Notes: generated by a model from the sequence alone, not told the origin. Counted from the stretch's first letter, positions 11,133 to 25,428 are shown. The stretch is DNA of 64,000 nucleotides from Octopus bimaculoides (GCF_001194135.2 NC_068986.1:31356229-31420228); one strand, 5' to 3'. Program-made: numbers and translations.

Positions 11133-11450
11133 TCTATTGGTTACGACAACAAGGCTTCCAGTTGATCTGGTCAACAGAATAACCTGCTTGTCAAATTAAT
11201 GTGCATGTAGCTGAGCTTTCCACAGACACATGTATCTTTAAGATGGTTCTCAGAAAGATTCAGCCTGGCACAGAATGTGATATGGCTGGCCCTTTAAAAT
11301 ACAGGTATTACTCATTTTTGCCAGCTGAGTGGACTGGAGCAGCATGAAAATAAAGTGTCTTGTTCAAGGACAATGTGCTGCCAGGAATCGAACTCACAAC
11401 CTTATGATTGTGAGCTGAATACCCTAACCACTAAGCCATGCACTTTCACA
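11133..11450 (-). mobile_element. SINE family C-related copy (decayed)
   Basis: Reverse complement matches the body of 22566-22938 and carries a tRNA-like head (GGAATCGAACTC). Related heads at ~4300-4460(-) and 9703-9940(+). Confidence 0.6.
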
Positions 11451-13326
11451 AGATGACTAATAAACTAACCTAGGTAACAAAAACTATTTACTACATTTAT
11501 CAGTTAATTTGGGTTGTTCAGAAACATCATTTCTTAGTTCCTCTTCTCCTGTCACATTCTGTACATGTAGAATAACAGTTCTCATCTGTTTGTAACTCAC
11601 AGCTCCCTTTCATTGAATGGCAGTTTACAAATACCTCTTTCATATGTTTTGTAACAAAAAACATTTCTGCAGATTATTTTAACCATGCCAAAGCAGATTA
11701 TTTTAACCATTGCACAGTGGTCTATCGTCCATAATTTATTATCCTACCCTATCACATCCTGTGTGTAATACTTTATAGATATTTGCATGAATTAGCAACC
11801 CTCAGTGAAATTTTTATGGAAATTAAGATAGGGTGAAGATTAAATACATTGAGTTCTATTGGCTCTTAGTCATGTTTTCTGCTTACTGATAACATACTGT
11901 TCTACTCATATTCTAATCCTAACAAAAATATTTTCTAAAGTGTGTTTAGAATATGTCTCATACTTGGTTTAAATATTATTTCTTAGAAAAAAGCCCTAAA
12001 AAACCACAACCCACAAAACATCCAATTCCCTCTATAGCACTCACAGGGTGAGGGCAAACGGCTGGTCAGGTTAAGAACCACTGATCAAGTACTTCTGAAG
12101 TCTTGGTTTCTAATGAGTATATTAGAGATTTCACTTCACTTTTTGTATCCTTGCACTGAGTTCATAATATTGAGTTCATACTAAGTCACTTCATATAAAT
12201 CAAGCAATTGTAGCTCTCAATAATTTTTTTTTTCTTTTTGTATCTTCATTACTATTTGGTCTTTGCCAAGTTGACTTCTAAGCATTTTGATTCTTGGAAA
12301 TTCTCCCCTATCAATTTTCTGCTCAGAATATTTTTCATGATGACAACAATGGAAAGGGATTTTTCAAAACTTTTTTTTTTTTTAGTTGCTGTCTGGAGAT
12401 GTATTATTCTTGTGGTAACTGAATTTCAATAATCATATGTAAGATGTGTATCTAGTAGGCAGTATAGAATTTATATGTGGACAATGTATACATGCAGTCA
12501 TCAACACATGTATGTATATTATACGAGAGGGAAAGAGAGACTACACACTTGCATGTATATTGTAAGAGAGGGAAAGAGCACTTACGTATACAGCAACATG
12601 TATGCATGTAATGTGAGTGTGTACACTTGCAGATTCATTTATATATGTGTATATGTGTGTGAGAAGCTACTCAATAATGTTAGAATTGTTGTCCTTAAAA
12701 AAAACTGTCTATAGAAATATTCTTGTATTTTTAGGATAAGTCGTACCATAAGGAAGAGAACAATTCTTCTTGAGATGAAAACCTTGATGTTGTGGAACAG
12801 AATTGTTTAGACTGGTAATTGTTTATTGAAGCTTTTAGACTGACTTCATTGATCTAGAAGTCTATATATGCAAATATCTGTGTCTGTAAGTGTGTGTGCA
12901 TATATGCACAGATAAAATGGCTAAGTGGGTTCGAGAATGGTATTGAAAATATTATCAAAGGTCCAGATAAAGATTTTTTTCCAGAAAACTTTGAAACATT
13001 TTTGTTCATGGAGGTAGAAAACATGATTATGTTGTTTTTAATGTTTTCAGTATGTTACATTCCTCTTAAGAAGTTTTTTTAAAAAAATAATGACTGAGAG
13101 TTTTGGATAAAAGAATTTCAAATACTAACTGAAAGTTGGAATAGTTTTGTGCATGTATGTGTGTGTATTCTTTGTGTTACATACTCTGAATATGCTATAT
13201 TGTGAATGAGTAATTAAAATCTATATGTGTGTGTGAGATCACCATCATCGTCATATACCATCCATATTTCATATTAGCATGGGTTGGACTCTGTATGTGT
13301 GTAGTATATGTATGTATGTATGTATG

Positions 13327-13391
<65 letters not shown>

Positions 13392-14219
13392 ATGTATATA
13401 GATATATGTATGTTACAACTTTTGGAAAGTTTCATACTGGGCTTGTTAATTTTACCTAGTTTTATTTTCAATATCATTTGCCTCAAGTAAGTAACCCCAC
13501 CCCAAATGCCTATCATATATCATCCATTCACATTTTATGTTCATACTAATGCATCAATTGCTCTCCCATTCATTATATTTGTTGGCCAATCTCTTTAGTG
13601 CCTAGTTTTGCTTTCTCAGTTCTCTTGCACTCAATCTTTCTTGTGGAATAATGTTTCACATCCGACACTTTTGTCATCTCATACTTCTTCTTTCATAACA
13701 TTGTATTCAGTGTCCATGTTTCACTGTCATATCGTATTTCTTGCTTGTGTGTAACCTCACTCACAATAAGGACACTTTTGCAGTTTATGGTGGTTGTTTT
13801 GAAAATTTCTATCAACTCCAGATACTGCATATACTTTCATTTGCTGTGCTTTCAACCCTAGATAGACTATAATAACCAGGCCACTTCTATGTGGCTGCTT
13901 AAACTGGTAAAAATAGTAGCCTTCAAACTCCTTCAAACCATACCAATTACTAAAGAGTACAGTAAATAATCAGTTGTAAATGGATGCAAGCATGGTTGTA
14001 TAGTTAAGTAGTTTACTTCACAACTACATGGTTTCAAGTTCAATGTGTTGAAGATTTTTTCAGAAAAAGATCCTAATTTGGAAGCATAATCTACAAGCCA
14101 AAAGCCATGTCAACCTTTCTTAACATGGCAAAGATCAAAGAGATGTTTTGTTTAGAAGGTAATATTGTATAAATATTTTGTAGAAGTGAATGTGGATTAT
14201 CTTAGAATCTGGAGGAAAA

Positions 14220-14604
14220 TGTAGTGAGAATGATTCGCTGTACGTGTAATACTTGCCTGAACACCTGAGAGCTGAGAAGCATCAGCTGTTGTGCGCAATA
14301 GAAATAACTGCATTAATGTGATGCAATGGTTGATGAGAGAGAGCTAGGTTAATGTGATGCAAATGGTTAAGAGAGCTAGGTGAGAAAAAGTGCTCTGCAC
14401 TGCTGGTGCATGCAGATGTGGATGTGGGTGTTTTTCGAAGAAGACAACAAAGGAAGTGATGAAACTAGATCCCAGGATGCTGGGCCTTACAGAAAACATA
14501 ACTAACGACAGTGATGATTTACAATATGCTACATGGAAGTTCTGTTTAACCCTTACCAGCATGAATGAACAGATGTTCAAAAGTTGATGATGATGATGAT
14601 GATA
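14220..14604 (+). mobile_element. Decayed RTE LINE 3' end
   Basis: KEVMKLDPRMLGLTENITNDSDDLQYA resembles the RTE C-terminal consensus; ends in (GAT)n. Another RTE fragment lies at ~13540-13830(-). Confidence 0.6.
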
Positions 14605-14701
14605 TTTGGTATTTTCTTGGTCTGCAGCACTTTGTTATATCCTGCTGTTTATTTTATTTCAATAAGAATACATACATACATACATACTACTCATACATAG
14701 A

Positions 14702-14745
<44 letters not shown>

Positions 14746-16166
14746 NNNNNNNNNNNNNNNNNNNNNNNNNNNNNNNNNNNNNNNNNNNNNNNNNNNNNNN
14801 NNNNNNNNNNNNNNNNNNNNNNNNNNNNNNNNNNNNNNNNNNNNNNNNNNNNNNNNNNNNNNNNNNNNNNNNNNNNNNNNNNNNNNNNNNNNNNNNNNNN
14901 NNNNNNNNNNNNNNNNNNNNNNNNNNNNNNNNNNNNNNNNNNNNNNNNNNNNNNNNNNNNNNNNNNNNNNNNNNNNNNNNNNNNNNNNNNNNNNNNNNNN
15001 NNNNNNNNNNNNNNNNNNNNNNTACACACACACACACACACACGATGGGCTTCTTTCAGTTTCCATCTGCCAAATCCACTCACAAGGGTTTGGTTGGCCT
15101 GAGGCTATAGTAGAAGACACTTGCCCAAGGTGCCATGCAGTGAGACTGAACCCAAAACCATGTGGTTGGGAATCAAGCTTCTTACCACATACCCACCCAC
15201 TCCTACACCTGCATATATATATATATATATATATATATTGTATGTATGGTGCCCAATCATAACAAATGCTGGAGCATTGCTCCTACTCGTCTTTGTTTTT
15301 CCCTTTAGAAACCTTGCTATCAATCTCTGCCTTTCTTTCTTGTATTTCTAAACAACTATATTAATTAATTGATACACTAGGTATTAAAGATAGCAACACC
15401 TTCAGGTATAAAATACCTAATTACAGGTCAATAAGGGAATCTCTAAGTGGTTGCTCCATTTGCTAGTAATGGCTGCTAAACATCCCTAAAATCATATCAT
15501 ACCATTTTCCATAAAAAATTTATGAACACATTGGATTACATAATCTTAAATACACTGCCTGAAATAAAGTTTAGATGATCACGGCTGGAATGCTTTTGAT
15601 TATAGAAGTCTGCTCATTGAGATCTTACTTAGGGCTAAACAGCTACAAAAACACAACGATATATAATAAAATAAATTTATCAAGTAGTTGCTCTTCTGTT
15701 ATTGTACAATTGCGTTAGACTTTCCAAACTCCTGTTTTCAAATTGCTTTGGTTACAAATGATAGTTTTTACAATTAGCTCTGTTGGTGTTAATTAGAACT
15801 ATTTTGATTTGTTTACCTGCAATTTTTAAAAATTATTATTAATACTGATGGAAAAATTTTCAAGTTTATTCTCATAACTTTTAACTCTTTCAGGCACATA
15901 TTTCTAATGAGAAGCACTGTTTTTCAATTAATTACAAAAATTAGCCTAAATTTGGAGGAATTTAGTCAAAATTTAATTACTCTTTCATTATGTAGTGCAG
16001 TGGTTCTCAACAGGGGTCCATATGACCCTTGCGGGTCCTCTCTTTTACTCTTTTCACTCTTTTACTTGTTTCAGTCATTTGACTGGGGCCATGCTGGAGC
16101 ACCGCCTTTAGTCGAGCAAATCGACTAAAGTTTTAAGACAAAAGTTTTAACAAAATCTTATATGGG

Positions 16167-16545
16167 CACAGGAGTGGCTGTGTGGTACGTAGCTTGCTTA
16201 CCAACCACATGGTTTCAGATTCAGTCCCACTGTGTGGCACCTTGGGCAAGTGTCTTCTTCTATAGCCCCGGGCTGATCAAAGCCTTGTGAGTGGATTTGG
16301 TAGGCGGAAACTGAAAGAAGCCTGTAATATATGTATATATGTATGTATGTTTGTGTGTCTATGTTTGTCTCCCCAACATCGCTTGACAACCGATGCTGGT
16401 GTGTTTATGTCCCCATAACTTAGCAGTTCTGCACAAGAGACCAATAGAATAATTACTAGGCTTACAAAGAATAAGTCCTGGGGTCGATTTGCTTGACTAA
16501 AGGTGGTGCTCCAACCTGGCCACAGTCAAATGACTGAAACAAAGA
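16167..16545 (+). mobile_element. tRNA-derived SINE, family A (CAGGAGTGGCTGTGTGGTAAG... head, internal TA/TG microsatellite, GTAAAAGA-type tail)
   Basis: Recurs with high similarity throughout the window. B-box-like GGTTCAGTCCC in the head. Confidence 0.85.
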
Positions 16546-16550
16546 GAGAG

Positions 16551-16584
<34 letters not shown>

Positions 16585-17115
16585 NNNNNNNNNNNNNNNN
16601 NNNNNNNNNNNNNNNNNNNNNNNNNNNNNNNNNNNNNNNNNNNNNNNNNNNNNNNNNNNNNNNNNNNNNNNNNNNNNNNNNNNNNNNNNNNNNNNNNNNN
16701 NNNNNNNNNNNNNNNNNNNNNNNNNNNNNNNNNNNNNNNNNNNNNNNNNNNNNNNNNNNNNNNNNNNNNNNNNNNNNNNNNNNNNNNNNNNNNNNNNNNN
16801 NNNNNNNNNNNNNNNNNNNNNNNNNNNNNNNNNNNNNNNNNNNNNNNNNNNNNNNNNNNNNNNNNNNNNNNNNNNNNNNNNNNNNNNNNNNNNNNNNNNN
16901 NNNNNNNNNNNNNNNNNNNNNNNNNNNNNNNNNNNNNNNNNNNNNNNNNNNNNNNNNNNNNNNNNNNNNNNNNNNNNNNNNNNNNNNNNNNNNNNNNNNN
17001 NNNNNNNNNNNNNNNNNNNNNNNNNNNNNNNNNNNNNNNNNNNNNNNNNNNNNNNNNNNNNNNNNNNNNNNNNNNNNNNNNNNNNNNNNNNNNNNNNNNN
17101 NNNNNNNNNNNNNNN

Positions 17116-17159
<44 letters not shown>

Positions 17160-18063
17160 AAATGCACATGCATGCACATATACAATGTTAGCCTTCATTA
17201 AACCATGTAAGGCATCTATGCTGATATATATTTCATTGTTTTTATTTTAATGTATTTTACTGTTTAAATATTTTTGCATTAGCTGTATTAGTGTTTCCGA
17301 GGGAGAGCATGTATTAGTATATGGATGTATGTGCATATTTGTGTGTATGCCAATATAAAGATGTACAAATATAAGGATGTATATTAACGACTCGTGAGCC
17401 TGTCTGCATATGTGTAAACATTTAAATACTCCAGCACATAGACTCACAAATTGTTAAACGTACATCTGTGCCTATACTGATTTCCAATATCCTGTAGATA
17501 TCTCATGGTTGATTCCCATACTGTTAAAATATGTACAAAGTATCCAGTTTGGAAAGTGAAAGAAAAGTTAATGTCTAAAGCTACTTCTTCAATTTCTTAA
17601 TAATTATAAACATATGTTCTGGTTTAACTTAATAACATTTGTTTTGTTTTGCTTGTACATATTTGTGTGTGATATATTAAATGACATACTTGAATTTCTA
17701 TGTAGATAGTTACAGCTGGCCAAGTCAGTCAGGTGATGGACTACTAGCAATGAATCAGCAGCATATATTATGGCGTTGAGATGTGTCTATGGCAAAGACA
17801 TTTAACTTTCAGTGGCTCAGTCCATCTACTTGAGAATAGTGCCATGGTGTGGTACAGATTGCAGCAGTAAGGTGTGGGAGCACTGCAAATCTAACTGATG
17901 TTTTATTACTTTGTAATAAAAGATTCAAATCTACTAATGCACCTTGGTCATGGTAAAAGCATTCGTATGATGGCCCTATTTCAAACAGTTCCAAAACTGT
18001 TACAATAAGAGAAATATTTGACTACTGTTTCTGATAAGTCAAACAACTGTATATTGACTCCCA

Positions 18064-19500
18064 CATCATCATCATCATTTAGCATCTGCTTTCCATGCTG
18101 GCATGGATTAAACGGTTTGACTGAAACTGGTAAGCTGAAGGGCTACACCAGGTTCTAATCTGATTTGGCATCGTTTCTACTGCTGTATACCCTTCCTAAT
18201 GCCAACCACTCCAAGGGTGTAATAGGTGCTTTTTACATGCCACTGATACAAGTGCCAGTTATGTGACTCCAGCATTGGCCATGACTATGATTTCACTTGG
18301 TTTGACTGGTCTTCTCAAACACAGCATATTACCTACTGTGTATTCTCAGACCTAAGCTAAAGAATATGAAATTCATTCATACAAAAGTATTTTCTAAGTT
18401 GACAAAAAGAAGTTAGTTGTTTTCTTTTTACCAAATATTTACTACATTTGTCTAAGTCTAACCAGAGATAGCATCAGTAAGTTCAAATTCAAGTGGCATC
18501 CTGTCTAAGCTTATTTTATCCTCCACCAGCTTTGCCATAATGCTTTCAGCCAACTTAATTATCTGAAAACCTCTAAATTTTTCTTACTAAAGCATATTCT
18601 TTCTTTTAGTACTTATGATCCAATACCATTGACTAGGTTAATACTTTCTGGCACAATCTCATTAATTAAATGAATGATTTATATGATATCAACATAGCTT
18701 AATATTTTCAATGTCCCAGCAATTATCCCTACTGGAATTATAGCCTTCTAATATTTCCATTTATTTTACTAGCTTTCTTCAGATTAAACTTTACAACTGG
18801 CTTCCATGAGACAGCTTAGATTTTTTCCAGTGTTCCCAATTTCTTTATTTTCCATCTCCACACTAAACGTTACGGCTGACCCTGATGAGGCAGCCAATCC
18901 TTTTAAATCTTAATGTTTTCTTATTCATCAAATCCTGATACTTTCTTGCATCCTCAGTTTCATTGTCAAAAAGGATAAGCACACTTGAATTATTTCCCAC
19001 GCACTCCTACTTCTCTTAAGCAATCTACTCATTTGTTTGATATATTGTCTTGGAATTCTAAATAATTCATGATTCTCATTCCCACAACATCAAAAACATT
19101 GCCAAGCCTTCTATTTGCTGATTTTTACCATCCTTAGGTAAACCTGATATCCGTTATTCTTTATTCAATTTCCTGCTACTGCCTCTTTCCAAAATCTTCA
19201 AAGACTAATATCTTTCTTTTTTAACCTTATTTACTGCAAAATTTAGCCATTATATGATCCAATTTCTTATTGGGTTTCTATTCTATCATCTAAACTATTC
19301 AGATTCCTGACATCTTCTGCACAGTAAAAGTTTTATCTCTCTTCATTTAGGATTCATTAGAGCATGTGTTAACACAATTTAGAAGCTGCTCTTATACAAG
19401 TGACTTTCAACATCCATGCTCTTCTCTTAGTTAATGTTCTTATGCTCACCGTTTTCAATTTGATCTCATATTCTATGCATTCCTTACACAAGACAAGCAT
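18064..19500 (-). mobile_element. Decayed, internally deleted RTE LINE
   Basis: 3' UTR and tail at 18064-18330. Upstream remnants ENHELFRIPRQYIK and IIPVGIIAGTLKIL...IIHLINEIV match the RTE region just before the RT core, most of which is absent. Confidence 0.55.
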
Positions 19501-20894
19501 TGTCAGATTCTTTTCAATCTGGTAAAAATGAATTTGCTTATTAGTTCACATAACAATAATTAGATTATGCTTCACTGATGAGGCTTAATAAGATTGAAAC
19601 TTGTCTAGAGTTGACACCTTACTGCCAAAGATTAGGTTACCTATTCAATACATTCTTTTTAATTTTTCTCAATACAGGTGTAATTTTAATTAATTAAACT
19701 TTCTCAGATAACTATGTTATATTACCTTGTGTGTGTGTGTGTGTGTGTGAAACAGGCATCTGTGGGTATTTTTATCTAGTTGTCATTTAGCCACAGGTCA
19801 GCTTTGATGGAGCACACCTTTGATATGGCAGTCCCATATCTTTTTTATGTGCAGGGAATCTAGGACTACGTTATTCAGTGTGTCCTTTGCTTATGATGGT
19901 ATGGTGTAATTTGAAGGAGATTTGATTGTTCTTTCTAGTAGGACAATTGACCATACAGAGCCCCCCTCATTAACTTCATTCTAGTAGGTTTCCTGTCAGT
20001 TAATCTTGCCTAAGAAGCCTGTGGAGAAATTATAGATACTATCAAACTTACTTATCAAAAACCTAGTCATTTATCATTTTAGCATTTGTTCTAATTACAT
20101 CAATTACATTCTCTATTTACATATTTGTATAAAACTACACAACCAGTCCTGGAATTACTACTTATATTATATCTTTACTTTATCTTTGAGGAAATTATTA
20201 TTTTTTTTTTTACCCTGATAACCAAAACTTCTTGTATGGAAAACAAATTCTATCATTTAGGCTGCAAGCATGCATTGAGAGAATTACAAAGTTAATTGCT
20301 CTTTTGTACCCTACTACATATGTTTGAAATGGAATTCTCATTACTGTATTTTAAAGCAGATAATAATAATAATTAATAATTATTATTATTATTATCATTA
20401 ATGTGGGGAGTAGGCAGAATCGTTAGCATGCCAGGTAAAATGTTTAGTGGCATTTTGTCCATCTTTACATTCTGAGTTCAAATTCTGCTAAGGTTGACTT
20501 TGCCTTTCATACTTTTGGTATGGATAAAATAAGCGCCAGTTGAGCACTGGGTGAAATGTTATTGACTATTCCTCTCCCACCAGATTTCAGGTCTTATGTC
20601 TATAGTAAAAAGGATTATTATTTTTTTTAACATTATTGTTGCTTTGTTTTATATGAACCCTTCCAAGTTTCACCCTGAGACTTCAAGTAACTGCAAGTTG
20701 GACAATTTACTATGGGTGTTATCTATGACACCGTGTGACCTTCCTTGACCAATTGCAGCCCACCTTACAGTTATAACAATCAATTTCTGTCAACTAGCAT
20801 GTGATGCTAGTTGACATGTGTCTGTGTGTGTATATATGTATATATGTGTGTGTGTGTGTGTGTGTATTTTTATGTATATATGCATGTGTGTATA

Positions 20895-20929
<35 letters not shown>

Positions 20930-21632
20930 ATGTATGTGTGTATATGTATGTATATACACAGATATTTATTGTATCTTTCAACAATTTCAGGTTATTGTTG
21001 CTTCTGTTGTTATTTGTTCTTGTTTCAGTATGTCTCTTGTGAATTTTACTCCCTTCAGCCTGTGTACACTTATCTATTTATTTATTTTCTTGGCAATTTT
21101 GAAACCCTGTTTATAAATCAGTTACTTTGAATGAATTTGTATGGCTAAAAAAGCCTGTGATGCACATTCAGATAGGCTGTTAATTTTTGATCCCAATTCA
21201 TCCCTTGGAACCTTAAAATTCTTTCTGTGGGGGTAAATTCCACTGCCCTCTCATCCAGTTGAAAACCAGGGTTATAGAGACTCCTTCATTTGTGTCTGGA
21301 TGTGCACATATGTGTTGAGAGAGGGAGAGAGAGGTTCTACATCTTATAAAGACTTGTTTTTTCAAAAAAAATTGTTTTCATTTGTTCAGTCTATTGTTTA
21401 GTTATTCTTGTATTAATCCACACCTACTACTCTTCAATGTTTCTTTTTCTATCACATAGTTCCATCTGTAAATAATTAGAAGAATTTACACAGTTGACTG
21501 CACATGGAAGAAAAATTAAAAAAAACTATTAAAACTTACCAGAAGCAGAAACTTGATCTATCTTAATATTGTAATGAACAGAATTCTATGCATACTCATT
21601 CACACTGCCACACAAGGAAATACAAATTATAT

Positions 21633-21634
<2 letters not shown>

Positions 21635-21693
<59 letters not shown>

Positions 21694-22074
21694 NNNNNNN
21701 NNNNNNNNNNNNNNNNNNNNNNNNNNNNNNNNNNNNNNNNNNNNNNNNNNNNNNNNNNNNNNNNNNNNNNNNNNNNNNNNNNNNNNNNNNNNNNNNNNNN
21801 NNNNNNNNNNNNNNNNNNNNNNNNNNNNNNNNNNNNNNNNNNNNNNNNNNNNNNNNNNNNNNNNNNNNNNNNNNNNNNNNNNNNNNNNNNNNNNNNNNNN
21901 NNNNNNNNNNNNNNNNNNNNNNNNNNNNNNNNNNNNNNNNNNNNNNNNNNNNNNNNNNNNNNNNNNNNNNNNNNNNNNNNNNNNNNNNNNNNNNNNNNNN
22001 NNNNNNNNNNNNNNNNNNNNNNNNNNNNNNNNNNNNNNNNNNNNNNNNNNNNNNNNNNNNNNNNNNNNNNNNNN

Positions 22075-22129
<55 letters not shown>
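21635..22129. repeat. (CA)n microsatellite spanning an N-gap
   Basis: (CA)n on both sides of gap 21694-22074. Other gap-edge microsatellites at 14705, 16550, 17116, 42402, 54692, 56967, 60506 and 60768; ungapped tracts at 13307-13400, 20820-20960, 27368-27415 and 33795-33855. Confidence 0.9.
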
Positions 22130-22133
<4 letters not shown>

Positions 22134-22565
22134 TCTCATTCACAAATATTCTTTTTTACTTACTAGCAGATGTTTATATCATCTTTAATATTCAATTTAT
22201 TTCCCTTTTTAATTTACATCCACTCCCATTTATACTCTTTCTCAGTGGTTTCTATATTTACACACCATCAAACATACATATTAAAACCTTTTCTCTCCAT
22301 CCTTTTAATTCACTTCTCAGATTCTTTCTTTGTTTCACATTTTCCACATCACATCCTATATTCACACACATTTTCTTTCATGATAATTTAACATTGTAAC
22401 AAACCGTATTAATATCTCCATTCAAATTAGTTTCTTAATTTAGTTTTGAAAGCTATAAACTTAGTATATAACAGTTGATCTTTCTCTCTTAAGTGTTCAT
22501 TTGTTGTATTTTGTGGACTGAAAATAAATTAAACTCAATTTCTATGAGTTTAACCTAGGGCCAGT

Positions 22566-22938
22566 GGAGACGCAATGGCCCAGTGGACTTGAGGTCATAC
22601 GATCGCGGTTTCGATTCCCAGATTGGACGTTGTGAGTGTTTATTGAGCGAAAACACCTAATGCTCCACGAGCCTCCGGCAGGGGATGGTGTCGAACCCTG
22701 CTGTACTCTTCCACCACAACTTTCTCTCACTCTTACTTCCTGTTTCTGTTGTGCCTGTAATTCAAAGGGTCAGCCTTGTCACACTGTGTCACGCTGAATA
22801 TCCCCAAGAACTACGTTAAGGGTACACGTGTCTGTGGAGTGCTCAGCCACTTGCACGTTAATTTCCTGAGCAGGCTGTTCTGTTGATCGGATCAACTGGA
22901 ACCCTCGACGCCGTAAGCGATGGAGTGCCAACAACAAC
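22566..22938 (+). mobile_element. tRNA-derived SINE, family C
   Basis: Head GGAGACGCAATGGCCCAGTGG...GGTTTCGATTCCC (A/B-box-like), body with GGAGTGCTCAGCCACTTGCACGTTAATTTC, short ACA-repeat tail. A decayed reverse copy lies at ~11133-11450. Confidence 0.7.
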
Positions 22939-25198
22939 AGTGTCATGTAAAAAGCCCAGGTGTTGGTATCCATGTAAAAAGCACTGGTGATAGTGTCACA
23001 TAAAAAGCATCCAGTACACTCTGGTTGGTGTTAGAAGGGGCATCCAACTGTAGAAACCACAACAAAACAGACAATGGAATCTGGTGTGGCTTTTGACCTT
23101 GCCAGTGCCTGTCAACCTGCCTAACCCATGCTAACATGGAAACATGTTGTATGATGATGATGAATGTCCTGTTCAATTAACTACATGTTTTACGAGATCT
23201 ACTCCATTACTCAACATCCACTATCACTTCCTGCAAACAACTGAGACTCTGACAGACTTTTCAGTTTTCTTTCAATTTTCACCTTACTGTCTTAAAAGAA
23301 GGTAGATCACTTTAGCTAATATAACCCTAGGTACAAAAAAAGACGAGATGGTCATGGCTGGAATGCTTTTGATCATAGGTTTGCTCAATCAGACTAACAT
23401 ATGGCTAACTAGTAATAACTGAGGCACAATATCTAATGAGGGAGCCTCTATGTAGTTGCTTGGCCTGATACAAACAGCAACCATATCTCACTCAAATCAC
23501 GTTCTACAGTCTTATAAAAAGTTACACTGGAGATAATGTTGTCTAAGATAAACTATTCCACCTGTTTCCCTGTTAGCTAGACCAGTTCTCACACTGAGAA
23601 ATGTCAGGAACTTACATCACATCTCCCAAAAATTAGAGAAATTATTTCCCCCTTTCTCATTAATGGGAAGACAAAGCAGAGTTTACATCCATATAATTTT
23701 TCTTTCTTTACCATGGCTAAACTTTAAAATGTTTAAAACCATCTTCATTTTATTAAACAGAGCAATTTGTTTCCTGTCTCTGTAGAGGTGATGGGGTAGA
23801 TGTGACTATTGAAACACTGATGTTGACAAAATTATACCTAATTGAAGAAAGGTTCTCATGCTGTTAATCTCAGTAACAACTTCAGATTCAAAACACACAT
23901 TATATATTAGTCTAGACAGATCTCTTAAACTTTTATTTCGGGTAATCACTTGCTTTTAGGCTTAGGTTGTTGACTGTCATATTTAAATAAACGACCTCCT
24001 GACTTGGCAACACACTTCATATTTATTTAGCTCAATATCTCAAACAATAAAGAAATTAATAAAACAAAATCTTGGTTGAAAAATTTATATTGCTCCCATA
24101 GGTCACAAACTTAATATCTTTGTTTTCTATTAATTACAAATTTGTCAAAACTCTTGTCATCTGGAAGAGACCTACTGCATTACTTACTTTTCAACATGTT
24201 CCAAAAGTATGTTGACAAATTTGTACTTAGTTTTATTTCATGCAAAGATATCAAAGTTATTGCTTGCTTTATAGTAATGCTTTATGGCTTTTTTGTTATT
24301 TCCTGTATAAAATGAAAAGTTATATTGTTTTTTATTTCCATAATTCATTTCATCATCATCATCAGCTTTCCATGCTGGCATGGGTTAGACAGTTTGACTA
24401 GAACTGGTAAACTGAAGAACTACTAGGCTCCAGTCTGTTTTGGCTCGGTTTCTATGGCTGGATGCTCTTTCTAATGCCAACCACTCCACAGTGTACCAGG
24501 TGCCTTTGTGTCACAGGTATGGGGGCCTTTAATGTATCACTGTCACAGGTGCATTTTATGTGTCACTAGCACTGGTACATTTTATGTGTCACCAGTACAG
24601 GTGCATTTTACATGTCACTAGCATGGGTGCCTTCAATGCACCAATGGCACGAATACTTTTTATGTATCACCGGCACAGGTGTATTTTACGTGTCACCAGC
24701 ACAGGTATCTTCTACACATCACTGGCACAGGTGCCTTCAACGTGCCACCAGCACTGGCTATGACTATGTTTTCGCTCAACTTAATGTCTTCTCAAACAGC
24801 AAATTGCCAAAAGTCTGTCATTTTAATAATAATATTTGTTCCATACAGAATTTGTTCTATATAGAATTTGGTCTAACTGAAGACTCTTAAGTGAAATAAG
24901 AACACAGTGTGGAACCCACTTTCTTTGACTCCTCAACAGTCCAAAACATGAGTCACTTGCTTGGTTTGTTCATTATTTGATTCCGTTTGTTGTCCATATG
25001 ATTTGAGAAATACTGCAGAAATGCACAAAATTGCATAAAAGTGGCATATTTTGATATAGACTGTGGAAGTATGGGCATATCTACGTGGGTAAGAAGTTTC
25101 CTTTAACCACATAAACTTAGAGGCCTAGTCCCTCTGCATAACATATTGGGCCTCAGGCCAACTAATGCTTTGGGAGTGAAATTGTATGGCAGAAACTC

Positions 25199-25428
25199 TG
25201 GCGAGCTGGCAGAAACGTTAGCACGCCGGGCAAAATGCTTAGCAGTATTTCGTCTGCCGCTACTTTCTGAGTTCAAATTCCACCGAGGTCGACTTTGCCT
25301 TTCATCCTTTCAGGGTCGATTAAATAAGTACCAGTTACGCACTGGGGTTGATATAATCGACTTAATCTGTTTGTCTGTCCTTGTTTGTCCCCTCTATGTT
25401 TAGCCCCTTGTGGGCAGTAAAGAAATAA
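25199..25428 (+). mobile_element. SINE family B copy
   Basis: Near-identical to the copies at 7614 and 40974. More decayed copies at ~1-100(-), 20405-20610(+), 27530-27715(-), 27800-27970(+) and 53115-53335(-). Confidence 0.8.

Noticed and set aside
14390-14587. Cys-rich 65-aa ORF as a small secreted or metallothionein-like peptide
   Set aside because: It is the decayed C-terminus of an RTE LINE ending in (GAT)n.
16167-16260. SINE heads as functional tRNA genes
   Set aside because: They are attached to multi-copy SINE bodies and I could not fold complete cloverleaves.
23786-23867. Candidate exon after TTCCTGTCTCTGTAG
   Set aside because: Stops after 27 codons, weak donors, no MG1 resemblance.
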